This document shows, piece after piece, positions 56,303 to 64,000 of a stretch of 64,000 bases of DNA. The notes under the pieces are model-generated. The model was not told the DNA's origin and made no database searches. It saw only the letters and a list, made by a program, of their open reading frames with translations. Numbering within the stretch: position 1 is the first letter of the stretch; the number at the start of each line of letters is the position of its first letter. Position numbers and translations under genes: made by a program. The stretch comes from a virus (lineage: Duplodnaviria; Heunggongvirae; Uroviricota; Caudoviricetes): the IMG/VR virus record IMGVR_UViG_3300042430_003153; one strand, given 5' to 3'.

Positions 56303-56887
56303 ATGAGAATAGTAACACTTTTAATATCACTGCTTTTTTATTCACCAACTCACGATAGTAAATTAGTTGAAGTTAGAAAAAGTGAAGTTAAAAAAGAAGT
56401 TAAAAAAGTTTTGCCTCAAAAAAACATCATCATCGGTGACTCTCAATCACCATTTGTCGATTGGGGAAGTGCTGACTTCAATTTGATTTCAACTGTCGGT
56501 GGTCAAGGTTCTCTTTGGTTAGGTGGAAAGACCTTAGGTTGGTTGCTAGAAGCTGTTAAAGTTTACCCCGGTGATACTACAGTGACCGGTGTGGCAATCG
56601 TTGTTGGAACTAATGGTGGTTTTAATAAATCTGATAAGATATCTGAACTGGTAACTGAATGTAAATTAAAATTCCCTAACTCAAAATTCTATGTAGTTCA
56701 AGGTTCTTGGGGATGGGGTGGTGTGTCAAATAAAACTGAAAAACAAGTAAGAGATTATTATTTAAAGTTTGCTGAATTAGGAGTTCAAGTGGTTGAACCA
56801 CCAATTGGAAGGATTGAACCACACGGAAGAAAGCCAATTTATAAAATAATTGGAAAAAATTTAGATAGTTTGGTGAAAATAAATTAA
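56303..56887 (+). CDS. SGNH/GDSL-like hydrolase, secreted
   Basis: Hydrophobic N-terminus MRIVTLLISLLFYS. NIIIGDSQS (block I GDS) and GTNGG. Catalytic His region is uncertain. Confidence 0.45.
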   Translation: MRIVTLLISLLFYSPTHDSKLVEVRKSEVKKEVKKVLPQKNIIIGDSQSPFVDWGSADFNLISTVGGQGSLWLGGKTLGWLLEAVKVYPGDTTVTGVAIVVGTNGGFNKSDKISELVTECKLKFPNSKFYVVQGSWGWGGVSNKTEKQVRDYYLKFAELGVQVVEPPIGRIEPHGRKPIYKIIGKNLDSLVKIN

Positions 56888-56938
56888 ACAATATAACATA
56901 ATTCAAATAAAAGTGTTATCTTTGTTAAAGATTAAAAA

Positions 56939-57022
56939 GGTCGAGTGGTGGAATAGGTAGACACGCCGGACTTAAAATCCTGTGGGCATTTGCCCGTGCG
57001 GGTTCGACTCCCGCCTCGACTA
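56939..57022 (+). tRNA. tRNA-Leu(UAA): tRNA-Leu (anticodon UAA), type II with long variable arm
   Basis: Hand-folded: 7-bp acceptor (G1.U wobble), 3-bp D stem, anticodon loop CUUAAAA, variable stem-loop GGGC-AUUU-GCCC, T-arm GCGGG-UUCGACU-CCCGC. No encoded CCA. Confidence 0.75.
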
Positions 57023-57058
57023 CAAATAGGTAATCTTTGGAAAGCCTTATAAACAAAG

Positions 57059-57132
57059 GGTCCGCTAGCTCAGCTGGATAGAGCAACTGCCTTCTAAGCA
57101 GTAGGTCTCAGGTTCGAATCCTGAGCGGATCA
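57059..57132 (+). tRNA. tRNA-Arg(UCU): tRNA-Arg (anticodon UCU)
   Basis: Hand-folded cloverleaf: acceptor GGUCCGC/GCGGAUC, D stem GCUC/GAGC, anticodon stem ACUGC/GCAGU with loop CUUCUAA, T-arm UCAGG-UUCGAAU-CCUGA. Confidence 0.8.
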
Positions 57133-57140
57133 CAAAAAAA

Positions 57141-57168
57141 GAGACTCATATTTGAGTCTCTTTTTGTT
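57141..57168 (+). terminator. rho-independent terminator after tRNA pair
   Basis: GAGACTCATATTTGAGTCTC followed by TTTTTGTTTT. Confidence 0.6.
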
Positions 57169-57233
57169 TTAATATATATACTAAAAAGATTATTTATTTC
57201 AAAATAAAAAATAAAAAAATTTATATATATTCT

Positions 57234-57914
57234 ATGTCAAAATCATTAGAAGAAATTTGGGAAAAAATGCAACAGGAGTTGCAATCTAAGAAAGACGCAG
57301 AGACTGCTAAAGAAAATGAATTGTTTCAAATTGCAGAAAAGAAGAGAAGAGAATATGTTCAAAGAAATCGTATGTATGAATCCATATCTAATTCATCTTC
57401 GTTAACAGTTGGTTCCGGTGGTGGTTCAATAACTGACCAATACATTTCTATTATTAATACAATTTGGTTATACCCACAAGAAGATTTGGATTATGTAGTT
57501 GAGTCTGTTCCTGGTCTTACATTTAGTAAGTCTCATAATGTTTACTCTTTTCCAACTTTAAATAATTTGACTGACTTCTACGACCAAGTTTATTTAAGAA
57601 CCACAGTTACTAACCCAGGTCTTTCAGTCCCTCCGAATCCTGGCTACTCATTGGGTGTTGGAACGGTCACAAGTTCAAAAAGAAACCAGAAAATACTTTT
57701 TAAGTTAGATTCTGGTATAACAGTAGTTGAAATGAGACTCATGCAACAAATTACAAACCAATCTGATTTACCAGTCGGTGGTGATTCACCGGACGGAACT
57801 TTAGGATGGGGTTTAGTTTATTGTGATTGGGACTTAGATGGTGTTCAAGATCCAACAAGTGCTACACCTCCAGGTAGTTTCTGTGATCCATTAAGATTTC
57901 AACTTATTAGTTAA
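57234..57914 (+). CDS. hypothetical protein
   Basis: 226 aa ORF. Confidence 0.5.
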   Translation: MSKSLEEIWEKMQQELQSKKDAETAKENELFQIAEKKRREYVQRNRMYESISNSSSLTVGSGGGSITDQYISIINTIWLYPQEDLDYVVESVPGLTFSKSHNVYSFPTLNNLTDFYDQVYLRTTVTNPGLSVPPNPGYSLGVGTVTSSKRNQKILFKLDSGITVVEMRLMQQITNQSDLPVGGDSPDGTLGWGLVYCDWDLDGVQDPTSATPPGSFCDPLRFQLIS

Positions 57915-58053
57915 TTGATTTTATTTAAAAATATTTAAAATTTCTGAAAATAAATCCAGCCTTACTGGGTAAAGGATGTATCGAAATTTGACTAAAAATG
58001 TCACTTTTTTGATTATAAAACCCTGATATATAATAAAAAAATAAATTATTAAT

Positions 58054-58656
58054 ATGGCTGATATCACATCACAATTTTCTGGGCTTCCAATTGAAGACCT
58101 AATAGTTTCTCCTTTAGTTGGAATGGCAAAAGGACAAGCACAACTTAATGATGTAACTTGGAGATATATCTCTGAAGTAGCATTTGTAAAAGACGAAAAA
58201 ACAGGTAAGACAAGCGCTCGATCTTTAGATGTAGAGATGAACAGAGTTATGACTGACCCAGAAACTGGTAAGCAATCTTTACAAAAGATTTATACTCAAG
58301 TTCCTATGTTACCTTTAGTTCCACTTCCTTCATTAGCTATCACATCTGCTGATATCGAGTTTACAATGGAAGTTAAAACTTCTGAAGTTGATAAATCTTC
58401 TACAGATACTGAGGCTTCTTTTCAAGCTTCTGCTTCTGGTGGATTCTGGGGTATGAAATATTCTGTTTCTATGGCAGGTAAAGTTGCTACTCACAAAGAG
58501 AATACAAGATCAACTGATAATTCTGCTAAGTATAATGTAAAAGTTCACGCTGAACAATTACCAGCTACTGAAGGTATGATGAAATTATCTGACTATTTAA
58601 CACAAATGTTGGAGCCTTCATTAATTCCATTAACAGAAGACCCACAAAGTAAGTAA
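58054..58656 (+). CDS. hypothetical protein, probably highly expressed
   Basis: 200 aa. Less AT-biased codons. Followed by a strong terminator. Confidence 0.55.
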   Translation: MADITSQFSGLPIEDLIVSPLVGMAKGQAQLNDVTWRYISEVAFVKDEKTGKTSARSLDVEMNRVMTDPETGKQSLQKIYTQVPMLPLVPLPSLAITSADIEFTMEVKTSEVDKSSTDTEASFQASASGGFWGMKYSVSMAGKVATHKENTRSTDNSAKYNVKVHAEQLPATEGMMKLSDYLTQMLEPSLIPLTEDPQSK

Positions 58657-58677
58657 TAATAAAGTAAAAAATTAAAA

Positions 58678-58702
58678 GGAGACTTCGGTCTCCTTTTTTT
58701 TT
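58678..58702 (+). terminator. rho-independent terminator
   Basis: GGAGACTTCGGTCTCC (UUCG tetraloop) followed by T9. Confidence 0.7.
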
Positions 58703-58750
58703 AAACTTTAGTCTGGTTTTCATTATAATTAAAAAGATAAAAGATAAATA

Positions 58751-59239
58751 ATGTCAAAATTAAACGTAGAAGAACTTGTTAGTGGTCTTTTAGAAGCCGG
58801 AATGGTTGCTCAAAGGATATCTGAAAGACAGCATATCAGTAACATAGTTAACTACTTTAATGCTGACGGAACACCTAAAACTCAAACATTTAAGATAGGT
58901 GAAAAAGATATGCAAGTTCCGTTATTTATTTTAGCCGACCACTCATCAATTGGATTAGATGAATTAGATATTGAATTTGAAGCAAGACTTGTTTTTGGTG
59001 ATAGTAAAGCATCAGATCTTAAAAGAAGTTTGTTAGGTATATTCAAAAATAAAGACGGTAAAGTCAGTAAAGATGACCATCACAATATTAAATCGATTGA
59101 AGTTGATTCTGGTAAATCTGAAGATGGTTCTGGTATGGCAAAAATTAAAGTCAAATTTAAATCAGATACAAAACCTGAAATGATATCAAGATTAATTGAT
59201 TCATATATTCAAAGATTAGAAGACACATCAACAAATTAA
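58751..59239 (+). CDS. hypothetical protein, probably highly expressed
   Basis: 162 aa. Same codon style as 58054..58656. Confidence 0.55.
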   Translation: MSKLNVEELVSGLLEAGMVAQRISERQHISNIVNYFNADGTPKTQTFKIGEKDMQVPLFILADHSSIGLDELDIEFEARLVFGDSKASDLKRSLLGIFKNKDGKVSKDDHHNIKSIEVDSGKSEDGSGMAKIKVKFKSDTKPEMISRLIDSYIQRLEDTSTN

Positions 59240-59248
59240 TTATAACAT

Positions 59249-59458
59249 ATGCCAATGCCTTGTCCTTCTTGTAAAACAAACTTAGGTTTAGATTTACAAT
59301 TTATTATTAAAAATCCTATGTGTGTTTGTCCGGGATGTGGTGTTATTTTAGATTTCAGTGTTAATGATGAGATTAAAGAAAAATATTCAGACGCAATGAG
59401 AACTATAAATACTATAAAGAGTAAATATAAAGATATTGCAAAATTCGGAAGCAAATAA
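59249..59458 (+). CDS. small zinc-ribbon protein immediately upstream of sigma factor
   Basis: CPSCKTN ... CVCPGCG (two CxxC pairs). 69 aa. Confidence 0.45.
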   Translation: MPMPCPSCKTNLGLDLQFIIKNPMCVCPGCGVILDFSVNDEIKEKYSDAMRTINTIKSKYKDIAKFGSK

Positions 59459-59465
59459 TAAACAA

Positions 59466-60152
59466 ATGATAAGTCTAAATAAAGGTATAATTGTAACAGA
59501 AGTTGAATCTATAATCAAATACATTAATGAGATTAAAAATATACCGGTTCTTACTAAAGAACAAGAATTTGAGATTTGTCAAAGAATTAAGAGTGGTGAT
59601 GAAGAATCCATTACAAAGTTAGTTAAACACAATCTTAGATTTGTTGTTCACATTGCTAAGAAATACCAGAATTTAGGATTAACATTTGAAGACTTAATTT
59701 CTTTTGGAAACTTAGGTTTATATAAAGCAGTAAAGAAGTTCGATCCAGATAGAGGATTTAAATTTATCACATTTGCTATTTGGTATGTTAAGGCTGAAAT
59801 TACAACGTCTTTAAATGAGTTATCAACAACTGTTAGAATTCCAAACTCACAAAGTGATGAAGATTTCAGTTGCCATGGTTTAGAACACGACATCACATCA
59901 AATGATGTTGACCGTTTTGATAAGTCTGATTTAATGATTGAGTTAAAAATGATACTTAATTCACTTAATGAAATCGAGTATGATTCTATTACTAAATTTT
60001 ATGGATTTGGTTATGAATATGCTTGGCCAATGGATGATGTTGCTAAACATCTTAATGTTTCTAATGAAAGAGCAAGACAAATTGTAAAAAAAGCGGAAGC
60101 AAAACTCAAAAAACACCCTAATTTAGATATTTTAAGAAAATATTTAGATTAG
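59466..60152 (+). CDS. sigma-70 family RNA polymerase sigma factor
   Basis: Regions 1.2-2.4 (TKEQEFEICQRIKSGD, HNLRFVVHIAKKY, DLISFGNLGLYKAVKKFDPDRGFKFITFAIWYVK) and region 4.2 (LNVSNERARQIVKKAEAKLKK). Start taken at ATG 59466. Confidence 0.8.
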   Translation: MISLNKGIIVTEVESIIKYINEIKNIPVLTKEQEFEICQRIKSGDEESITKLVKHNLRFVVHIAKKYQNLGLTFEDLISFGNLGLYKAVKKFDPDRGFKFITFAIWYVKAEITTSLNELSTTVRIPNSQSDEDFSCHGLEHDITSNDVDRFDKSDLMIELKMILNSLNEIEYDSITKFYGFGYEYAWPMDDVAKHLNVSNERARQIVKKAEAKLKKHPNLDILRKYLD

Positions 60153-60171
60153 TAATCTAATAAATAAGAGT

Positions 60172-60888
60172 ATGAAATTAGAAGAACTTGTTACTATAGT
60201 AATACCTTGTAAAAATGAAAAAGAAATCATTTTAAAAACTTTAGACTTACTGAATTATCAGAAAGATATTTGGAGAGTAAAAGTTATAGTTTGTGACGCA
60301 TCAAATGATGGTGTTACAAAACCAGACTTAATTAATAGATTAGAAATGAATTCAGATTATTTTGATTTATATCTAATGGACGGTGGTCTACCATCAGTTG
60401 CTAGAAACAATGGTTTTAAATTAGTAAAAACTCCTTATGTTCTTTTTATGGATGCTGATGTTTTCTTATTAGATCCTAAGGTTCTTTTAAGATCAATACT
60501 TAAGATTAAAAAATATAATTTAGATTTAGTTACTGTTAAGTTTCGTTCAGACAACGGTAGATATAATTATGTTTATAAAGTTTTTGATTTTATTCAAATG
60601 CTTTCAAAGTGGTCGACTCCATTCTGTTTGGGTGGTTATATGTTAGTTAGATCAGAAACTTTTAAAGTGATTGGTGGTTTTGATGAAGAAATAAAAGTAG
60701 CAGAAGACTATATGTTTTCAAAACAGATAAAGCCAAAAAAGTTCGGAAGAATCAATAACATTGTTTATACACCGCCTAGAAGATTTGAAAACAAAGGTGT
60801 CTGGTATATGTTACAACTAATGTTATCATCATTCTTTAATAAGAATAACAAAGACTACTTTACTTCTGACCAAGGTTACTGGAAGTAA
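60172..60888 (+). CDS. family 2 glycosyltransferase (GT-A fold)
   Basis: TIVIPCKNE N-terminal signature and FMDADV DxD motif. Confidence 0.75.
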   Translation: MKLEELVTIVIPCKNEKEIILKTLDLLNYQKDIWRVKVIVCDASNDGVTKPDLINRLEMNSDYFDLYLMDGGLPSVARNNGFKLVKTPYVLFMDADVFLLDPKVLLRSILKIKKYNLDLVTVKFRSDNGRYNYVYKVFDFIQMLSKWSTPFCLGGYMLVRSETFKVIGGFDEEIKVAEDYMFSKQIKPKKFGRINNIVYTPPRRFENKGVWYMLQLMLSSFFNKNNKDYFTSDQGYWK

Positions 60889-61347
60889 TTATTCTTCAGA
60901 ATAGTGATTTATACACTTAATTACATGTGCTTTTAACCAAAATTCACAGTCTTTTAACTTATTTACAAATTTTAGTTCATATAAATAACATTCTAACTCT
61001 TCTTTAGGTTCAGTTAATTTAATACCTTTATTCAGTATGTAAAGATGGTGAGTTTCGTGTATAATTATACAAGCTAAATTATTAATTGAATTCAATCTAA
61101 TATCTTTTGTTGATATCATAACTGTTGATGAATCTGTTGTTGTAGAAAAATTACCTAACCAAAATGTGATGTGAGTGCAATAATTTTCGACTTCAGTCCA
61201 ATGTTCTGGACTTGTTCTTTTAATTAATAAAAGAGCAGAATCAACTTGAGACTTCCAACCATCACCTACATCATCTACTAATATTTGTGAGAATAAATTA
61301 GTTGTAAAAAGTAGAAAAACAAAAATTATGGCATTTTTGAAATACAT
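60889..61347 (-). CDS. small secreted HExxH protein (putative zinc metallopeptidase)
   Basis: Signal peptide MYFKNAIIFVFLLFTTNLFSQ. IIHETHHLYI (HExxH). Confidence 0.45.
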   Translation of the reverse strand: MYFKNAIIFVFLLFTTNLFSQILVDDVGDGWKSQVDSALLLIKRTSPEHWTEVENYCTHITFWLGNFSTTTDSSTVMISTKDIRLNSINNLACIIIHETHHLYILNKGIKLTEPKEELECYLYELKFVNKLKDCEFWLKAHVIKCINHYSEE

Positions 61348-61778
61348 TCGATGATAGCCTTTTTTATAGCTGAAGAAAGAACTGTTTGATTAAATGGAAT
61401 TGAACCTTCGACAAGTTCTATCATAACTGCTCTTACTTCTACTTCTGACTCACCAATACTTTCATAAGTCACACCTTTATAATACATTTTGACACCGACT
61501 TGAGTTTTCATATCTGTTTTCTCAACACCCAATATTCTAATTGTGGTTTTAGGAGTTCCGAAATAGTAAACTTCTAAATCTATATCATCACCTTCATCTG
61601 ATAAACAATATTTGTTAGATAGTTCATCTTCTGCTATTTGCTTTAGACCGAATCTAATATCTCTTCTATTTATTTCTTTTGCTTTACAAGTAGAGTAAAC
61701 TGAATCCACAGTTACGCAATTTTGGCCAAATAATAATGTTGGTAAGAAGATTAAAATTGAAATTAAAAGTGTTTTCAT
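61326..61778 (-). CDS. secreted hypothetical protein
   Basis: Signal peptide MKTLLISILIFLPTLLFGQ. Confidence 0.45.
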   Translation of the reverse strand: MKTLLISILIFLPTLLFGQNCVTVDSVYSTCKAKEINRRDIRFGLKQIAEDELSNKYCLSDEGDDIDLEVYYFGTPKTTIRILGVEKTDMKTQVGVKMYYKGVTYESIGESEVEVRAVMIELVEGSIPFNQTVLSSAIKKAIIECISKMP

Positions 61779-61795
61779 AGTGGTTGTTTTATTTT

Positions 61796-62968
61796 TTAAT
61801 TTGTGAATCCAGTTCTAACTAAATAGAATGTAGTTGACCCACCATTGACTGGCGTTATTATCATTGATTGAACACCTGGGTATGTTGATTTAAGATTAGT
61901 TGTTCCAACCTTAATAACATTCCATTGAGTTTGGTTAAATATTCTATAATTTGGTGAATTTAACCAAGTAGGAAATACACCTGATGCTTTACCATAAATA
62001 CACCAAGAATCTGCTACATTGACTCTACCATCATTATTAATATCCATTTGATAAAATAACTTTGAATTTAAAGTTGTTCCAGAATGACTTAATTGATTTG
62101 GATAGTTTGCTTCAGTTGGTGTAAAATTTGGCATTGTCAAACTTTCCAATCTAACTTCAAATTGATAAGATTGAGCATCTAAATTAGGAACCATTGTAAA
62201 ATAACCAGATGCGTTTGTCAAATAAGTTCCTTTTAAAGAAAATGTTGTTTCAGCCGCCGATGGTGTAAATCTAACAGAATAATTTGTGACATTCCATTGA
62301 GAAGCGTTTTTACCACCAACTGGAACGACATTAGTATTATTAGAGTTAACTAAACCAGCAGTAGCATTGTTAGCACCACATTGAGGTTTAGATTGATAGT
62401 TAATATCAATTATACCAGATGTTTCTTTTAGAACAAATTGAAAAGTGTGTAAATTTGTGTTACATCCATAGTGTGGAACAGCGTTAAAAGAAACTACTAA
62501 TTGTCTATTAGGTGCTACTCCGATAGTTGTGTATCTTATATTTGATGCTCCCGGAAAAAGATCTTCCCAGTCTGCTAATATAGTATTCATAGGAGAAGAA
62601 GCATTTGGAATATACTGAGCTACATATCCAGTAGTTTGTCCTGGACTAAATCCAATCCAACCGTTTGATCCTACATAAAACTGTGTGTAGTTATTACCAA
62701 AGAAATTAAAAGTAAATCCTATATTAAATGGACCGTGTGTTACATCATCCGATGATGGTATAACAGTTCCTGTTGTGTAAGAAGCAGCAGTTGAGTAAGC
62801 TGGATAAGTGATATCATATGGATCAGTTCTCCTACCCCAAAGAGTTACGGGAACATTAGAAAGTCCTTGTTCATTTGCTCCCTTTACCCAACCAGAGTAA
62901 GTAAATGGTTGAGCGTCTATTGCAAAGATATTGAAAATTACTAAAAGTGTTATAATTAAGTTTCTCAT
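61796..62968 (-). CDS. secreted hypothetical protein (Gly/Asn/Thr-rich beta-type)
   Basis: Signal peptide MRNLIITLLVIFNIFAIDAQ. 390 aa. Confidence 0.5.
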   Translation of the reverse strand: MRNLIITLLVIFNIFAIDAQPFTYSGWVKGANEQGLSNVPVTLWGRRTDPYDITYPAYSTAASYTTGTVIPSSDDVTHGPFNIGFTFNFFGNNYTQFYVGSNGWIGFSPGQTTGYVAQYIPNASSPMNTILADWEDLFPGASNIRYTTIGVAPNRQLVVSFNAVPHYGCNTNLHTFQFVLKETSGIIDINYQSKPQCGANNATAGLVNSNNTNVVPVGGKNASQWNVTNYSVRFTPSAAETTFSLKGTYLTNASGYFTMVPNLDAQSYQFEVRLESLTMPNFTPTEANYPNQLSHSGTTLNSKLFYQMDINNDGRVNVADSWCIYGKASGVFPTWLNSPNYRIFNQTQWNVIKVGTTNLKSTYPGVQSMIITPVNGGSTTFYLVRTGFTN

Positions 62969-64000
62969 ATTGCTAATCTTGTTCCAAACATCAAAGTGAA
63001 GTTCATTACGTTTTCATTTATCGCATAAGCTCCTCCGAAATTAACATTGAATTTGAATTTCTTTGTTATTCCGATATTAGTCCCGATAATTGGCATAATA
63101 ACATAAGGAGATTTAAGTAAAATATCATTATAGTAACTCACATAAGGAGCGTATATAAATAGATTCATTAGTTTAACATCAATTCTTTTAGAAACTTTCC
63201 AGTCATACATTCCACCAGCAATTGCTGCTGTTCCTAAAAATGTTTCACCATAAACATTTCCAAATGAACCAGTTGCCAAATAGATAGCTTTTAAATTTTT
63301 AACTTTAGGAAAACTCCACATTTGACCTAAAGCTAATGTTCCGTATTGAGAACCTCTACCGTAAAAACTAATAGTAGCGGTTACAGAAATTAAATCGATT
63401 CTTCTTTTTGCCATATTAGCCCAGAATCCTGTTACATTTGGTCCTCTAATAATAGATGTGTAATCTAAAAGAACTCCATAACTTCTTTTACCATCCCATC
63501 TCATAGAAGTGTATCCAGCGGTTCCTTTACCACCAAAACTTACTTCTTTATCTCTAAAGTTAAATCCAGCAAAATCAGAACTCAAAACAATTTGTGGTTT
63601 ATTACTTTCAGTAGATCTTTGAGTTGAGTTTACAGTTCCACCTAAAGAGTTAATCTTTTTTTCTTCTGTGGTTTCTGTTGCACTTTCAGAACCATTTGGT
63701 GGATTACCATTAGATTCTTGACTAGATCCTGAACCACCATTAGAACCATTAGAAGTTTGAGAACCAGTTTGATTAGAAGAACTGGTTTGTGTATTGGATG
63801 ATTCTGAAGAATTCTGAGATGTGTTTTCAGAGTTATTTAAATTTTGACCAGACTGTTGTTCAGAACTAGTAGAGTTTGAATTCTGGTTGTTTTGACCGGA
63901 CTGACCATTTTCGTTTTGAGTGTTCTCAGTTGTAGAATTTTGAGATGATTGATTATTTTGTGAATTGTTACCACCTTCATTCTGACCATTTTGTGTCGAT
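62965..64000 (-). CDS. OMP/beta-barrel-like protein with long N/Q/S/T/G-rich low-complexity region; N-terminus lies beyond the window
   Basis: The minus-strand frame stays open from 63585 to the window end with no ATG. The tracked M is a TTG. Upstream part is Q/N/S/G-rich. Confidence 0.5.
   Translation of the reverse strand, partial: STQNGQNEGGNNSQNNQSSQNSTTENTQNENGQSGQNNQNSNSTSSEQQSGQNLNNSENTSQNSSESSNTQTSSSNQTGSQTSNGSNGGSGSSQESNGNPPNGSESATETTEEKKINSLGGTVNSTQRSTESNKPQIVLSSDFAGFNFRDKEVSFGGKGTAGYTSMRWDGKRSYGVLLDYTSIIRGPNVTGFWANMAKRRIDLISVTATISFYGRGSQYGTLALGQMWSFPKVKNLKAIYLATGSFGNVYGETFLGTAAIAGGMYDWKVSKRIDVKLMNLFIYAPYVSYYNDILLKSPYVIMPIIGTNIGITKKFKFNVNFGGAYAINENVMNFTLMFGTRLAI

Noticed and set aside
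56888-57233. tRNA pair as a possible integration site or prophage boundary
   Set aside because: No integrase or recombinase is nearby and there is no direct repeat of a tRNA 3' end. Gene content and composition are uniform across the window, consistent with a lytic phage genome rather than an island.
1-64000. CRISPR arrays, rRNA, transposases or IS elements, toxin-antitoxin pairs
   Set aside because: No regularly spaced direct repeats with unique spacers were found, no rRNA-like conserved stretches, and no DDE/serine/tyrosine recombinase motifs in any ORF.

Overview
This 64 kb window is strongly AT-rich and densely packed with about 100 mostly short ORFs on both strands, separated by short promoter-like gaps and GC-rich terminator hairpins. 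I read it as part of a large T4-like myovirus genome infecting a Bacteroidetes host. The T4-like evidence is a split type II topoisomerase (large GyrB/TOPRIM subunit and medium GyrA-like subunit), an RNase H/FEN-type 5'-3' exonuclease, dCMP deaminase, two phage tRNAs (Leu-UAA, Arg-UCU) and at least 13 proteins with a T4 capsid-targeting-sequence-like N-terminus (MKxxKxFxEF). The Bacteroidetes evidence is a recurring TAnnTTTG (-7) promoter motif, Bacteroidetes-style signal peptides and lipoboxes, and one T9SS C-terminal sorting domain. Recognisable enzymes include UvdE, a UvrC-like nuclease lacking UvrAB partners, a NusG-like factor, a sigma-70-family sigma factor, two DNA amino-methyltransferases (gamma and beta class), a SAM methyltransferase, a GT2 glycosyltransferase, a rhomboid protease, a patatin-like phospholipase, SPFH and PspC proteins, a CCA-adding enzyme with an adjacent 2H phosphoesterase, a Pol-beta-type nucleotidyltransferase, HD and HAD hydrolases, two metallophosphoesterases, a metallopeptidase-VWA protein, and a protein with 13 tandem DnaJ-type CxxCxGxG zinc knuckles. 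I found no rRNA, CRISPR array, integrase or transposase. Most ORFs are hypothetical; several form paralog families. All coordinates and motif calls were made by eye from the sequence and the ORF track, with no database searches.
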